Below are positions 49,468-63,445 of a stretch of 64,000 nucleotides of DNA, piece by piece. The notes below the pieces were generated by a model. That model saw only the letters and a program-made list of their open reading frames with translations. It was not told where the DNA came from and did not search any database. Positions within the stretch are counted from its first letter, which is position 1. Each line of letters opens with the position of its first letter. Source of the stretch: an uncultured Candidatus Rokubacteria bacterium. GTDB lineage: Bacteria; Methylomirabilota; Methylomirabilia; Rokubacteriales; DASRDR01. The stretch lies in assembly GCA_963826115.1 (NCBI GenBank), contig CAWGVS010000012.1, forward strand, positions 768,001 through 832,000, read 5' to 3'. The position numbers and the translations under genes are program-made.

Positions 49468-49785
49468 GTGGAAGCCGTCATCATCTCCGGAGGCAAGCAG
49501 TATCGGGTCCGAGAAGGGGACGTCGTGCGTCTCGAGCGTCTCCCGACCGGGCAGGGCGACACGGTGGAGTTCCGCGAGGTGGCGTACCTCCGGGCCGAGG
49601 GCGATCCCGTCGTGGACCCCGCCCGCCTCGGCGCGGCGCGCGTCCTCGGCCAGGTCGTGCAGCAGGGCCGGGACAAGAAGATCGTCGTCGTGAAGTTCAA
49701 GCGCCGGAAGAACTACCGGCGCCGGCAGGGTCATCGCCAGGCGTTCACCGCGGTCCGGATCACCCGGATCGAAGCGGGCGCCTGA
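49468..49785 (+). CDS. rplU: 50S ribosomal protein L21
   Basis: [24 protein letters not shown]; GAGGAGG RBS. Confidence 0.97.
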   Translation: MEAVIISGGKQYRVREGDVVRLERLPTGQGDTVEFREVAYLRAEGDPVVDPARLGAARVLGQVVQQGRDKKIVVVKFKRRKNYRRRQGHRQAFTAVRITRIEAGA

Positions 49786-49804
49786 GGACACGGAGCCCCA
49801 GACC

Positions 49805-50065
49805 ATGGCGCACAAGAAGGGCGTCGGCAGCTCGCGGAACGGCCGGGACAGCCAGCCGAAGATGCTGGGCGTGAAGCGCTTCGCCGGGCAGTGGGTGCCC
49901 GCCGGCTCGATCCTGGTCCGGCAGCGCGGGACGCGGTTCTTCCCGGGCCGGAACGTCGGGCTCGGCGTCGACTTCACGCTCTTCGCCAAGGCGAACGGCG
50001 TGGTGGCCTTCGAAGAGCGGAACGGCCGCCGCCTCATCAGCATCCACGAGGCCGCCGCCTCCTAA
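49805..50065 (+). CDS. rpmA: 50S ribosomal protein L27
   Basis: [24 protein letters not shown]. Confidence 0.98.
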   Translation: MAHKKGVGSSRNGRDSQPKMLGVKRFAGQWVPAGSILVRQRGTRFFPGRNVGLGVDFTLFAKANGVVAFEERNGRRLISIHEAAAS

Positions 50066-52236
<2,171 letters not shown>

Positions 52237-52260
52237 GCCCGCAGGCCACGTGATACCCTA

Positions 52261-53532
52261 ATGGCCGTGGCGGCGATCGACGTGCGCGAGCTGGTCGAGA
52301 CGCGTGCCCGGGCCGCGCGCGACGCCGCCCGGAGCCTGGCGCTCGCCAGCGCGCGGGTGAAGGGGGACGCGCTCCTCGCCATGGCGCGCGGCGTGGAGGA
52401 GAAGGCGCCGGCCATCCTCGAGGCGAACCGCGCCGACCTCGACCGGGCGCGCGGCCAGGGCCACCCCCGCGCGTTCCTGGACCGGCTCACCCTGACCGAG
52501 GCGCGCATCGAGGACATGGCGGCGGGGATCCGCCAGGTCGCGGCGCTGCCGGATCCGGTGGGCGAGATCGTCCGCGGCTGGCGCCGGCCGAACGGCATGG
52601 AGATCACGAAGGTCCGCGTGCCGCTCGGCGTGATCGGGTTCATCTACGAGAGCCGCCCCAACGTCACCGCCGACGCCGCCGCGCTCTGCATCAAGAGCGG
52701 GAACGCCTGCGTGCTCCGCGGCGGGCGCGAGGCGCTCGAGTCGAACGCGGTGATCGCCGCGATCCTCGGGAAGGGCCTCGAGAAGGCCGGGCTCCCCGCG
52801 GAGGCGCTCGGCTTCATCGACGTCCCCGACCGGGCGGCCGTCGAGATCCTCATCACGCTGGACCGCCTCGTCGACCTCATCGTGCCGCGCGGCGGGGAGG
52901 CGTTCGTGCGCTTCGTCACCGAGCGCGCCACCGTCCCGATCCTCAAGCACGACAAGGGCGTCTGCCACGTCTACGTCCACGCGGGCGCGGACCTCGGCAT
53001 GGCGGCCGACATCGCGCTGAACGCGAAGGCTCAGCGTCCGGGCGTGTGCAACGCCATGGAGACGCTCCTCGTCCACGCGGACGCGGCGCCCACGTTCCTG
53101 CCCGCGGTCGCCGCGCGCTTCCGCGCGGCGGGCGTCGAGCTCCGCGGCTGCCCCCGGACGCTCGAGCTCGTGCCGGAGGCGCGCCCGGCCACGGACGCCG
53201 ACTGGGACACGGAGTACCTCGACCTCATCCTGTCGGTGCGGGTCGTGCCGAGCCTCGACGAGGCCATCGCGCACGTCCGGCGACACGGCTCGGGTGTGGC
53301 GGAGGCGATCGTCACGCGGGACCTCGCGGCCGCGCGCCGCTTCGTGGCGGAGGTGGACGCCGGGTGCGTCCTGATCAACGCGTCCACACGGCTCGTCGAC
53401 GGCAACCAGTTCGGCATGGGCGCGGAGCTCGGCATCTCGACCTCGAAGCTCCACGCGCGCGGGCCCGTCGGCGTCGAGGAGCTCACCACGACGAAGTTCG
53501 TGGTGACCGGCTCCGGCCAGATCCGCGAGTAA
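52261..53532 (+). CDS. proA: Gamma-glutamyl phosphate reductase
   Basis: IYESRPNVT, CNAMETLL, GISTSKLHARGP. Confidence 0.97.
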   Translation: MAVAAIDVRELVETRARAARDAARSLALASARVKGDALLAMARGVEEKAPAILEANRADLDRARGQGHPRAFLDRLTLTEARIEDMAAGIRQVAALPDPVGEIVRGWRRPNGMEITKVRVPLGVIGFIYESRPNVTADAAALCIKSGNACVLRGGREALESNAVIAAILGKGLEKAGLPAEALGFIDVPDRAAVEILITLDRLVDLIVPRGGEAFVRFVTERATVPILKHDKGVCHVYVHAGADLGMAADIALNAKAQRPGVCNAMETLLVHADAAPTFLPAVAARFRAAGVELRGCPRTLELVPEARPATDADWDTEYLDLILSVRVVPSLDEAIAHVRRHGSGVAEAIVTRDLAAARRFVAEVDAGCVLINASTRLVDGNQFGMGAELGISTSKLHARGPVGVEELTTTKFVVTGSGQIRE

Positions 53533-53565
53533 CCGTGGCGGGAGCCCGCCCCTGAGGCGCCGCCG

Positions 53566-54234
53566 ATGGCGGAGTGGCGGCTCGGCATCCTGGGCGGCAC
53601 GTTCAACCCGATCCATCTCGGGCACCTGGTCCTCGCCGAGGCCTTCCGCGAGCGGCTCGCCCTCGACCGCATCCTGTTCGTGCCCGCGGCGACGCCGCCC
53701 CACAAGCCGCCCCTCGGACTCGTGCCCGCGCTCCACCGCTACGCGATGGTGAGCCTCGCGGTGGCGGGGCACCCCGGCTTCGTCGCGTGCCCGACCGAGC
53801 TCGAGCGCGCGGGGCCGTCCTACTCCGCCGACACCGTGGAGATCCTCGCCGGCGACTGGCCCGGCGCGCGGCTCTTCTTCCTGATGGGGAGCGACACGTT
53901 CCTCGACCTGCCGACGTGGCGGACGCCGGAGCGGCTCGGCGTGTTCGCGACGCTCGGCGTCGGGTACCGGGCCGGCAGCGCCTTCGAGCCCGAGGGGCCG
54001 GCCGCGCGGGCGGTCCTGGCCCGGTACGGGCGGCCGGGCTGGCGCCGCGTGCCGCCGGTCGCTCCGGAAACGCTCGCGCCCGGCGACTGCGCGCTCGTCG
54101 AGATGCGCTCCGTCCCCGTGTCGGCGCGCGGGGTGCGCGAGCGGCTCGCGGCCGGGGAGAGCGTCCGGGACCAGGTGCCGCTGGCCGTGGCCGAGTACAT
54201 CACCGATCATCGCCTCTACGGGAGACCCATCTAG
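53566..54234 (+). CDS. nadD: Nicotinate-nucleotide adenylyltransferase
   Basis: GGTFNPIHLGH, PPHK, FLMGSD. Confidence 0.93.
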   Translation: MAEWRLGILGGTFNPIHLGHLVLAEAFRERLALDRILFVPAATPPHKPPLGLVPALHRYAMVSLAVAGHPGFVACPTELERAGPSYSADTVEILAGDWPGARLFFLMGSDTFLDLPTWRTPERLGVFATLGVGYRAGSAFEPEGPAARAVLARYGRPGWRRVPPVAPETLAPGDCALVEMRSVPVSARGVRERLAAGESVRDQVPLAVAEYITDHRLYGRPI

Positions 54235-54235
54235 C

Positions 54236-54586
54236 GTGGCTGGTTCTGTCAGCGAGAAGGCCCAGTTGTCGGCGCGCGCCGCGCTCGACAAGCGGGCGCA
54301 GGCCCTCCAGCTCCTCGATCTCGCCGCCCTGTCCGGGATCGCCGACTACTTCGTCCTCTGCACCGGCTCGTCGACGACCCACGTCTCGACGATCGCCGAG
54401 GCGGTGGAGTCGGCACTCAAGGCCGCCGGCTACCGCGCCCTCCACCGGGAGGGCGTGGCCGCGTCCGGATGGCTCCTCCTCGACTACGGCGACGTCGTCG
54501 TCCACGTCTTCCTCCCCGAGACGCGCGCGTTCTACGCGCTCGACCGGCTCTGGGGCGACGCGCCCGAGGTGCCGATCGAGGCGTGA
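54236..54586 (+). CDS. rsfS: Ribosome silencing factor
   Basis: ADYFVLCTG, WLLLDYGDVVVHVF, YALDRLWGDA. Confidence 0.95.
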   Translation: MAGSVSEKAQLSARAALDKRAQALQLLDLAALSGIADYFVLCTGSSTTHVSTIAEAVESALKAAGYRALHREGVAASGWLLLDYGDVVVHVFLPETRAFYALDRLWGDAPEVPIEA

Positions 54587-54675
54587 AGGCCGCGCGGCTG
54601 GACACCCCTCCGGCCGCATGCTACGGTGACCTCACGCGCCGGGCGCGTTGGGGTCGGCGCGGTGGAGGAGGGCGA

Positions 54676-55059
54676 ATGGCGATGGCGACCAAGCTCGGCC
54701 AGCACCGGCTGAAGGCGTTGCGGGAAGCCCTCGTCGCCAAGCGCCGCCAGCTCGAGACCGAGGTCGGCCGCAGCGTCCTCTACGAGAAGGGCCTCGACGA
54801 CGACGCGACCAAGGACCTGGGCGACCAGGCCAACACCGCCTACACGCGCGAGTTCCAGTTCGAGCTCGGGAACGGCGACCGTCGCCTCCTGCGGGAGGTG
54901 CTGACCGCGCTCCGGAAGCTCGACGAGGGCGGCTTCGGCGAGTGCGAGCGGTGCAGCGAGCCGATCGGCGACAAGCGCCTCGACGCGCTCCCGTTCGCCC
55001 GCTACTGCATCGACTGCCAGCGGCGCCTCGAGCGCGAGGACAAGGCCGCCGCCGGCTAG
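54676..55059 (+). CDS. dksA: DksA/TraR C4 zinc-finger protein
   Basis: DLGDQA (DxxDxA), CERC...CIDC; GGAGG RBS. Confidence 0.85.
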   Translation: MAMATKLGQHRLKALREALVAKRRQLETEVGRSVLYEKGLDDDATKDLGDQANTAYTREFQFELGNGDRRLLREVLTALRKLDEGGFGECERCSEPIGDKRLDALPFARYCIDCQRRLEREDKAAAG

Positions 55060-55086
55060 GCCGGCTTCCCCCCGAGGGGCCCCTCG

Positions 55087-55833
55087 ATGGCCCTCGCCGT
55101 CGCGCGCTGGCTCGATCCCCTTCTCGACCTCGTCTTCCCGGCCGTCTGCCCGGTCTGCGAGACCCGCTCCGACGATCCCGCGCATCGCCCGTTCTGCGGT
55201 CCCTGCTGGGCCGCCCTCCCGGTCGGCGTCGGCCCGGGGTGCGTCGTGTGCGGCGAGCCCTTCCCGGGGCTCGCCGGGCGCCGGCCCTGCGACGCATGCC
55301 GCCGGACCCCGCCGCCCTACGCGTTCGCGCGGGCCGTCGCGCCCTACCGGGACGGCATGCGCGAGGCGATCCACGCGCTGAAGTTCGGGGGCCGCCCCGT
55401 CCTCGCGACGCCGCTCGGGGCGCTCCTCGCCGAGGCGGGCGCCGGCGTCCTGCCCGCGCCGCCCGAGAGCGCCATCGACGGCCTGGTGCCGGTCCCGCTC
55501 CACCCGGCCCGGCTCGCCGAGCGCGGGTTCAACCAGGCCGAGCTCCTGGCGGCGCCGTGTGCGGCCCGCTGGGAGGTGCCGGTGCTCGGGCGCGCCCTCA
55601 TCCGCGCGCGGCCGACGCGGCCCCAGACGGACCTCGACGCCGCGGCCCGGCGCGCGAACGTCCGGAGCGCGTTCCGCGTGCCGCGTCCCGCGGCGGTGCG
55701 CGGCCGGCGGCTCCTGCTGATCGACGACGTCCTCACGACGGGCGCGACGGTCGGCGCGGCCGCCGCGACGCTCCGGGCGGCCGGGGCCGCGGCGGTCGGC
55801 GTCCTGACCCTCGCCCGCGTCGTCCAGCGCTGA
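55087..55833 (+). CDS. comF: ComF-family zinc-ribbon phosphoribosyltransferase
   Basis: Four CxxC pairs, PVPLH, RGFNQA, IDDVLTTGAT. Confidence 0.92.
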   Translation: MALAVARWLDPLLDLVFPAVCPVCETRSDDPAHRPFCGPCWAALPVGVGPGCVVCGEPFPGLAGRRPCDACRRTPPPYAFARAVAPYRDGMREAIHALKFGGRPVLATPLGALLAEAGAGVLPAPPESAIDGLVPVPLHPARLAERGFNQAELLAAPCAARWEVPVLGRALIRARPTRPQTDLDAAARRANVRSAFRVPRPAAVRGRRLLLIDDVLTTGATVGAAAATLRAAGAAAVGVLTLARVVQR

Positions 55834-56967
<1,134 letters not shown>

Positions 56968-57017
56968 GCCCGGCCCTCCGGGCGCGGCCGGGCCCGGCCG
57001 GCCGCCGCGCCCCCGCC

Positions 57018-58205
57018 ATGTCGAAGCGCACGATCGAGACCGTCGACCTCCGGGACCGCCGCGTCTTCGTGCGCGTCGACTTCAACGTCCCGCTCGGCGC
57101 CGACGGCGAGGTGAGCGAGGACGCGCGCATCCGGGCGGTCCTGCCGACCCTCCACCACGCGCGGACGCACGGCGCGCGCACGATGATCGTCGCGTCCCAC
57201 CTCGGGCGCCCCAAGGGCGGGCCCGAGCCGAGGTTCTCGCTTGCGCCGGTCGCGCGGCGCCTCGGCGCGCTCCTGGGCGAGACGGTGCCGCTCGCCGGCG
57301 ACTGCGTCGGGCCGGCCGTCGAGCGGCAGGCGACCGGCTTGCCCAGGGGCGGCCTCCTCCTCCTCGAGAATCTCCGCTTCCACGCCGGCGAGGAGGCGAA
57401 CGATCCCGCCTTCGCGGGCGCGCTCGCGCGGCTCGGCGACGTCTATGTGGACGACGCGTTCGCGGCGGCGCACCGGGCCCACGCCTCGACCGAGGGCATC
57501 ACGCGGCACCTCCGGCCGGCGGTGGCCGGGCTCCTCATGAAGCAGGAGCTCACCGCGCTCGCGCGGATCTTCGACGCGCCGGCGCGCCCGCTGGTCGCGA
57601 TCCTCGGGGGCGCGAAGGTCTCCGACAAGCTCGCGCTCATCTCGTCCCTCCTCGGCAAGGTCGACCGGCTCCTCGTCGGTGGCGGGATGGCGTTCACGTT
57701 CCTCCGGGCCCAGGGCCACGCCGTCGGGCGGTCCCTCCTCGAGGCGAGCCTGGTGGACACGGCGCGGAAGCTCCTCGACGAGGCGCGCGCCCGCGGGGTC
57801 GACTTGCGCCTTCCCGTCGACACGGTGGTCGCGGCCGGGCCCGACGCCGCCGCGGGCACGGTCGTCGGGAGCGACGCGATCCCGGCGGACCTGATGGGCC
57901 TCGACATCGGCCCGGCCACCGTGCGCCACTTCGCGGAGGGCCTCCGCGACTGCCGGACCATCATCTGGAATGGCCCGATGGGCGTGTTCGAGCGGGCCCC
58001 GTTCGCCGCCGGCACGCTCGGGCTGGCGCGGGCCGTCGCGGACTCGGCCGCGCTGTCGGTCGTCGGCGGCGGGGACTCGGTGGCCGCCGTGGAGGCCGCG
58101 GGGGTCGCCGACCGCATCGGGTATCTCTCCACGGGCGGCGGCGCGTTCCTGGAGTACCTCGAGGGGCGAACCCTCCCGGGCGTCGCCGCGCTGGACGACG
58201 CGTGA
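57018..58205 (+). CDS. pgk: Phosphoglycerate kinase
   Basis: RVDFNVPL, SHLGRP, LENLRF, WNGPMGVFE, STGGGA. Confidence 0.97.
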   Translation: MSKRTIETVDLRDRRVFVRVDFNVPLGADGEVSEDARIRAVLPTLHHARTHGARTMIVASHLGRPKGGPEPRFSLAPVARRLGALLGETVPLAGDCVGPAVERQATGLPRGGLLLLENLRFHAGEEANDPAFAGALARLGDVYVDDAFAAAHRAHASTEGITRHLRPAVAGLLMKQELTALARIFDAPARPLVAILGGAKVSDKLALISSLLGKVDRLLVGGGMAFTFLRAQGHAVGRSLLEASLVDTARKLLDEARARGVDLRLPVDTVVAAGPDAAAGTVVGSDAIPADLMGLDIGPATVRHFAEGLRDCRTIIWNGPMGVFERAPFAAGTLGLARAVADSAALSVVGGGDSVAAVEAAGVADRIGYLSTGGGAFLEYLEGRTLPGVAALDDA

Positions 58206-59023
58206 TGGGGCGTCCGGTGGCCGAGCGCCCCGCGCCGCGCACGCCGGTGATCGCGGGCAACTGGAAGATGCACACCAGCCTCGCCGAGGCGCGGACGCTG
58301 GCCGCGGCCGTGCGCGACGGCTGCCGGGGGCTCGCGGACATCCGGGTCGCCGTCTGCCCGCCCTTCACGGCGCTCGCCGCGGTGGCCGAGGTCCTGGCCG
58401 GCTCGAGCATCCTCGTCGGGGCCCAGGACGCGCACTGGGAGGCGGCGGGCGCGTTCACGGGCTCGGTCTCGCCCGCTCAGGTGCGGGACGCCGGCGCCCG
58501 TCTCGTCATCCTCGGCCACTCCGAGCGGCGCCACGGCCTCGGCGAGACCGACGAGGTCGTGCGGGACAAGGTGACGGCCGCGCTCGCCCACGGGCTGACG
58601 CCGCTCGTCTGCGTCGGCGAGACCGCCGCCGAGCGGAAGGCGTCGCGCACGCTGGCCGTGGTCACCGCGCAGCTCGCCGACGCGCTCGGCGAGCGGCCGG
58701 CGGCCGAGATCGGGCGCTGCTGGCTCGCGTACGAGCCCGTGTGGGCGATCGGCACCGGGCAGACCGCGACGCCCGCCCAGGCCGGCGAGGTGCACGGCGA
58801 GCTCCGGGCCGCGCTCGCGGGGCTCGCGGGCGCCGCCGTCGCCGCCGCGTGCCCGATCCTCTACGGCGGGAGCGTCAAGTCCGAGGTGATCCCCGCGCTC
58901 ATGGCCCAGCCCGACATCGACGGCGCCCTCGTGGGGGGCGCGAGTCTCAAGGCCGCCGAGTTCATCGCCATCGTCCGGGCCGGCCTCGACGCCAAGGGCC
59001 GCGCGGGCGTGGCCGCGCGCTGA
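58205..59023 (+). CDS. tpiA: Triosephosphate isomerase
   Basis: AGNWKM, LGHSERR, AYEPVWAIGTG, LVGGASL. Confidence 0.97.
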   Translation: MGRPVAERPAPRTPVIAGNWKMHTSLAEARTLAAAVRDGCRGLADIRVAVCPPFTALAAVAEVLAGSSILVGAQDAHWEAAGAFTGSVSPAQVRDAGARLVILGHSERRHGLGETDEVVRDKVTAALAHGLTPLVCVGETAAERKASRTLAVVTAQLADALGERPAAEIGRCWLAYEPVWAIGTGQTATPAQAGEVHGELRAALAGLAGAAVAAACPILYGGSVKSEVIPALMAQPDIDGALVGGASLKAAEFIAIVRAGLDAKGRAGVAAR

Positions 59024-59058
59024 CCGACCATGACCCAGCCACCAGTGAGGTGCCTCAC

Positions 59059-59388
59059 GTGTACTACGTGCTGATTGCCGTGCACGTCCTCGTCTGTCTC
59101 GCCATCATCGGGATCGTGCTGCTCCAGGCCGGGAAGGGCGCCGACATCGGCTCGGCGTTCGGCGGGGGCGGGAGCCAGGCGGTGTTCGGCTCCATGGGCA
59201 CGCCCACGATCCTGGGCAAGATCACGACCGTCGTCGCGATCCTGTTCATGATCACGTCGTTCAGCCTGGCGAAGCTCTCGTCGCGGGCGGCGTCGGTCGT
59301 GCCGGCCAGCATGCCGGCCCCCGCCGCGGAGACGCCGGCGCCGGCGGCGCCGGGCGCGCCGGCGCCCGCGCCCGCGCAGCCGAAGTAG
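59059..59388 (+). CDS. secG: Preprotein translocase subunit SecG
   Basis: VLLQAGKGADIGSAFGGGGSQAVFG between two TM segments; follows tpiA. Confidence 0.95.
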   Translation: MYYVLIAVHVLVCLAIIGIVLLQAGKGADIGSAFGGGGSQAVFGSMGTPTILGKITTVVAILFMITSFSLAKLSSRAASVVPASMPAPAAETPAPAAPGAPAPAPAQPK

Positions 59389-59399
59389 CCCGTCGCGAC

Positions 59400-61276
59400 A
59401 TGATCCCGACGCCGGGTCGCGGCCGGGTCCTGGCCTCGCTGGGCGCGCTCCTGGCCGTTGCGGGGCTGGCGCTGCTCCTCCCGCGCCCCGCCGCGCCCCA
59501 GGCGGCCGGGGCGAAGGTGACGGTCGCGCACGCGTTCTCGATGCACGGGGACCTCAAGTACCCGGCCGGCTTCCCGCACTTCCAGTACGTCAATCCCGAG
59601 GCCCCCGGGGCGGGGACGTCCGGCTCGCGGCCATCGGCACCTTCGACACGCTGAACCCGTTCGTCCTGAAGGGCGTGCCCGCGGTCGGGCTCGGGAACGT
59701 GTTCGACACGCTCACCGTGGCGTCCGAGGACGAGCCGTTCTCGCAGTACGGACTCATCGCCGAGACGATCGAGATGCCGGCCGACCGCTCGTGGGTGGCC
59801 TTCAACCTCCGCCCCCAGGCCCGCTTCCACGACGGGAGCCCCATCACGGTCGAGGACGTCGTCTGGACGTTCGACGCGCTCAAGACGAAGGGGCGGCCCT
59901 TCTACCGGAGCTACTACGCCCAGGTCGTGAAGGCCGAGAAGGCGGGCGACCGCAAGGTGCGCTTCGCGTTCGCGCCCGGAGAGAACCGCGAGCTGCCGCT
60001 GATCGTCGGCCAGCTCCCCGTGCTGTCGCGCACGTACTGGAGCAAGCGCGACTTCGAGAAGACGACGCTCGAGCCGCCCCTCGGCAGCGGGGCGTACCGC
60101 ATCGACGCCGTCGACCCCGGGCGCTCCATCACGTACCGCCGGGTGAAGGACTACTGGGCCGCGAAGCTCGCCGTGAACGTGGGCCGGGACAACTTCGACG
60201 CGCTCCGCTACGACTACTACCGCGACTCCACGGTGGCGATCGAGGCGTTGAAGGCGGGCGAGTACGACTTCCGCCTGGAGAACGTGGCCAAGAACTGGGC
60301 CACCGCGTACGCGACGCCGGCGGTGACGCGCGGGCTCCTCCGGAAGGAGGAGATCCCGAACGAGGTCCCGACCGGCATGCAGGGCTTCGTCTTCAACACG
60401 CGCCGGCCGATCTTCCAGGACGCCCGCGTGCGCCGCGCGCTCGCCTACGCGTTCGACTTCGAGTGGAGCAACAAGAACCTCTTCTTCGGCGCGTACACGC
60501 GCACCCGGAGCTACTTCTCGAACTCGGAGCTGGCCTCGAGCGGCCTGCCGAGCGGCGAGGAGCTGAAGGCGCTCGAGCCGTTCCGGGGCAAGGTCCCCGA
60601 CGAGGTCTTCGCCAAGGAGTACCAGCCGCCGGCGACCGACGGGAGCGGCAACGTCCGGGACGGCGCGCGGGAGGCGCTCCGGCTCCTCGGCGAGGCCGGC
60701 TGGACCGTCAAGGGCCAGAAGCTGGTCGACGGCCGCGGGGAGCCGATGCAGTTCGAGATCCTGCTCGACGACCCCACCTGGGAGCGGATCGCGCTGCCCT
60801 TCGCGAAGAACCTCGAGCGGCTCGGCGTCACCGCGCGTGTCCGGGTCGTCGACGCGGCTCAGTACGAGAAGCGGTCGGACGACTTCGACTTCGACATGAT
60901 CGTCGGGCTGTGGCCGCAGTCGCTGTCGCCGGGCAACGAGCAGCGCGAGTTCTGGGCCTCCCAGACCGCCGCGGAGCGCGGGAGCCGAAACCTCGCGGGC
61001 ATCAAGGACCCCGCCGTCGACAAGCTCATCGACCTGGTGATCCAGGCGCCCGACCGGCCGGGCCTGGTCGCCCGGACCCGCGCCCTCGACCGGGTGCTCC
61101 TGTGGGGGCACTACGTCATCCCCCACTGGCACATCCGCGCGTTCCGCGTCGTCTACTGGGACAAGTTCGCGCGGCCCGCCGTCTCGCCCCGGTTCGCGCT
61201 CGGCTTCGATACCTGGTGGGTCGACGCGGCGAAGGAGGCCGCCCTCGCCCGTCGAAAGGGCGAGATTCCGAAGTAG
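59400..61276 (+). CDS. yejA: YejA-type ABC substrate-binding protein, split by a -1 frameshift near 59605
   Basis: Signal peptide + HAFSMHGDLKYPAGFPHFQYVNPEAP, continuing in another frame as GGDVRLAAIGTFDTLNPFVLKG...ALDRVLLWGHYVIP. Confidence 0.88.
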
Positions 61277-61291
61277 CCCCGGCGCGCGCCG

Positions 61292-62398
61292 ATGCTCGCC
61301 TACGCGGTCCGCCGCCTCCTGCTGTTCGTCCCCACGCTGTTCGGCATCATGGTCGTCAACTTCCTCATCGTCCAGGCCGCGCCGGGCGGACCCGTCGAGC
61401 TGATGATCTCCCGCCTGCGCGGACACGGCGTCGAGGCGACGGCGCGCGTCGGCGGCTCCGGCACCGGCGAGACCCGGACGGTCCCGGGCAGCGGCCCGGC
61501 CGGCGACGTGACCGACAAGTACCGCGGGGCCCGCGGCATCGATCCGGAGCTGATCCGCCAGCTCGAGCGCCAGTACGGATTCGACCGCCCCGCCCCCGAG
61601 CGCTTCGCGCGCATGATCCGGAGCTACCTCGCGTTCGATTTCGGATCGAGCTTCTACCGAGATCGCCGCGTCGTCGACCTGATCGTCGAGAAGCTGCCGG
61701 TGTCGATCTCGCTCGGCCTCTGGACGACGCTGGCCGTCTACCTCGTGTCGATTCCGCTCGGGATCGCCAAGGCCGTGCGCGACGGCTCGACGTTCGACGT
61801 CTGGACCAGCGGCATGGTCATCGTCGGCTACGCGATCCCCAGCTTTCTGTTCGCCATCCTGCTGATCGTCCTGTTCGCCGGCGGCAGCTTCCTCGACTGG
61901 TTCCCGCTCCGCGGTCTCTTTTCGGACCACTGGCAGGAGCTCGCCTGGCCGGCCCGGATCGCCGACTACGTCTGGCACATCACGCTGCCGATCGTGGCGC
62001 TCCTCGTCGGCGGGTTCGCCACGCTCACGATGCTGACCAAGAACTCCTTCCTGGACGAGATCAACAAGCAGTACGTGATCACCGCGCGCTCCAAGGGCCT
62101 GACCAAGCGCCGCGTGCTCTACGGCCACGTCTTCCGCAACGCGATGCTGCTCGTGGTGGCGGGCTTCCCGGCCGCGTTCGTGGGCATCCTGTTCACGAGC
62201 GCCCTCCTGATCGAGGTGATCTTCTCGCTCGACGGGCTGGGGCTCCTCGGCTTCGAGGCGGCGATCAACCGGGACTACCCGATCATGTTCGGGACCCTCT
62301 ACATCTACACGGTCGTGGGACTCCTCCTGACCCTGATCAGCGACCTCACCTACGTCGCCATCGACCCGCGCATCGACTTCGCCAGCCGGGAGAACTGA
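61292..62398 (+). CDS. yejB: YejB-type ABC permease
   Basis: VQAAPGGPVE, LTKNSFLDEINKQY, HVFRNAML. Confidence 0.92.
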   Translation: MLAYAVRRLLLFVPTLFGIMVVNFLIVQAAPGGPVELMISRLRGHGVEATARVGGSGTGETRTVPGSGPAGDVTDKYRGARGIDPELIRQLERQYGFDRPAPERFARMIRSYLAFDFGSSFYRDRRVVDLIVEKLPVSISLGLWTTLAVYLVSIPLGIAKAVRDGSTFDVWTSGMVIVGYAIPSFLFAILLIVLFAGGSFLDWFPLRGLFSDHWQELAWPARIADYVWHITLPIVALLVGGFATLTMLTKNSFLDEINKQYVITARSKGLTKRRVLYGHVFRNAMLLVVAGFPAAFVGILFTSALLIEVIFSLDGLGLLGFEAAINRDYPIMFGTLYIYTVVGLLLTLISDLTYVAIDPRIDFASREN

Positions 62399-62401
62399 CG
62401 G

Positions 62402-63445
62402 GTGCCCTCCTTCCGGGTCGGCCGGGGCCTGAGCCCGCTGACGCGCCGTCGCCTCCGGAACTTCCGCGCCAACCGCCGTGGGTTCTGGTCGCTCTGGATC
62501 TTCACCGTGCTGTTCGGCGCGAGCCTCTTCGCCGAGGTGATCGCGAACGACCGTCCGCTGCTGGTCCGGTTCGACGGGGGGCTCTACTTCCCGGTCCTGC
62601 GCACGTACCCGGAGACGACGTTCGGCGGCGTGTTCCCCACCGAGGCGGTGTATCGCGACCCGACCGTCACCGCCCTGATCCGCGAGAAGGGGTGGCTCCT
62701 CTGGCCGCCCATCCCGTTTCGCTACGACACCATCAACTACGCGCTGCCGGTGCCGGCGCCGGCCCCGCCCTCGCCGGTGAACTGGCTCGGGACCGACGAC
62801 CAGGGGCGCGATCTCACCGCGCGGCTGATCTACGGCTTCCGGATCTCCGTCCTGTTCGGCTTGACCCTGACCTTGCTGAGCTCGGTCATCGGCGTCGCCG
62901 CCGGCGCGGTCCAGGGGTACTTCGGCGGGCTGACGGACCTCCTCTTCCAGCGGGCCATCGAGATCTGGTCCGGGCTGCCCGTGCTCTACCTCCTCATCAT
63001 CCTCGCCAGCATCGTCGAGCCGACGTTCTGGTGGCTTCTCGGCCTCATGCTACTCTTCAGCTGGATGTCGCTCGTCGGCGTGGTCCGCGCCGAGTTCCTC
63101 CGCGCGCGCAACTTCGACTACGTGCGCGCGGCGCGGGCGCTGGGCGTCCCGGCCGGCGTCATCATCGTCCGGCACGTCCTGCCGAACGCCATGGTCGCGA
63201 CGCTGACGTTCCTGCCGTTCATCCTGAGCGGCTCGATCACGACGCTGACGTCGCTCGACTTCCTGGGCTTCGGCCTGCCGCCGGGGTCGCCGTCGCTCGG
63301 CGAGATCTTGGCCCAGGGCAAGGCGAATCTCCAGGCGCCCTGGCTCGGCATCACCGGCTTCGTCGTGCTGGCCCTGATGCTGAGCCTCCTCGTCTTCATC
63401 GGCGAGGCCGTGCGGGACGCGTTCGATCCCCGGAAGACCGCCTGA
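62402..63445 (+). CDS. yejE: YejE-type ABC permease
   Basis: NRRGFWSL, YPETTFGG, LGTDDQGRD, VRAEFLRARNFDYV. Confidence 0.92.
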   Translation: MPSFRVGRGLSPLTRRRLRNFRANRRGFWSLWIFTVLFGASLFAEVIANDRPLLVRFDGGLYFPVLRTYPETTFGGVFPTEAVYRDPTVTALIREKGWLLWPPIPFRYDTINYALPVPAPAPPSPVNWLGTDDQGRDLTARLIYGFRISVLFGLTLTLLSSVIGVAAGAVQGYFGGLTDLLFQRAIEIWSGLPVLYLLIILASIVEPTFWWLLGLMLLFSWMSLVGVVRAEFLRARNFDYVRAARALGVPAGVIIVRHVLPNAMVATLTFLPFILSGSITTLTSLDFLGFGLPPGSPSLGEILAQGKANLQAPWLGITGFVVLALMLSLLVFIGEAVRDAFDPRKTA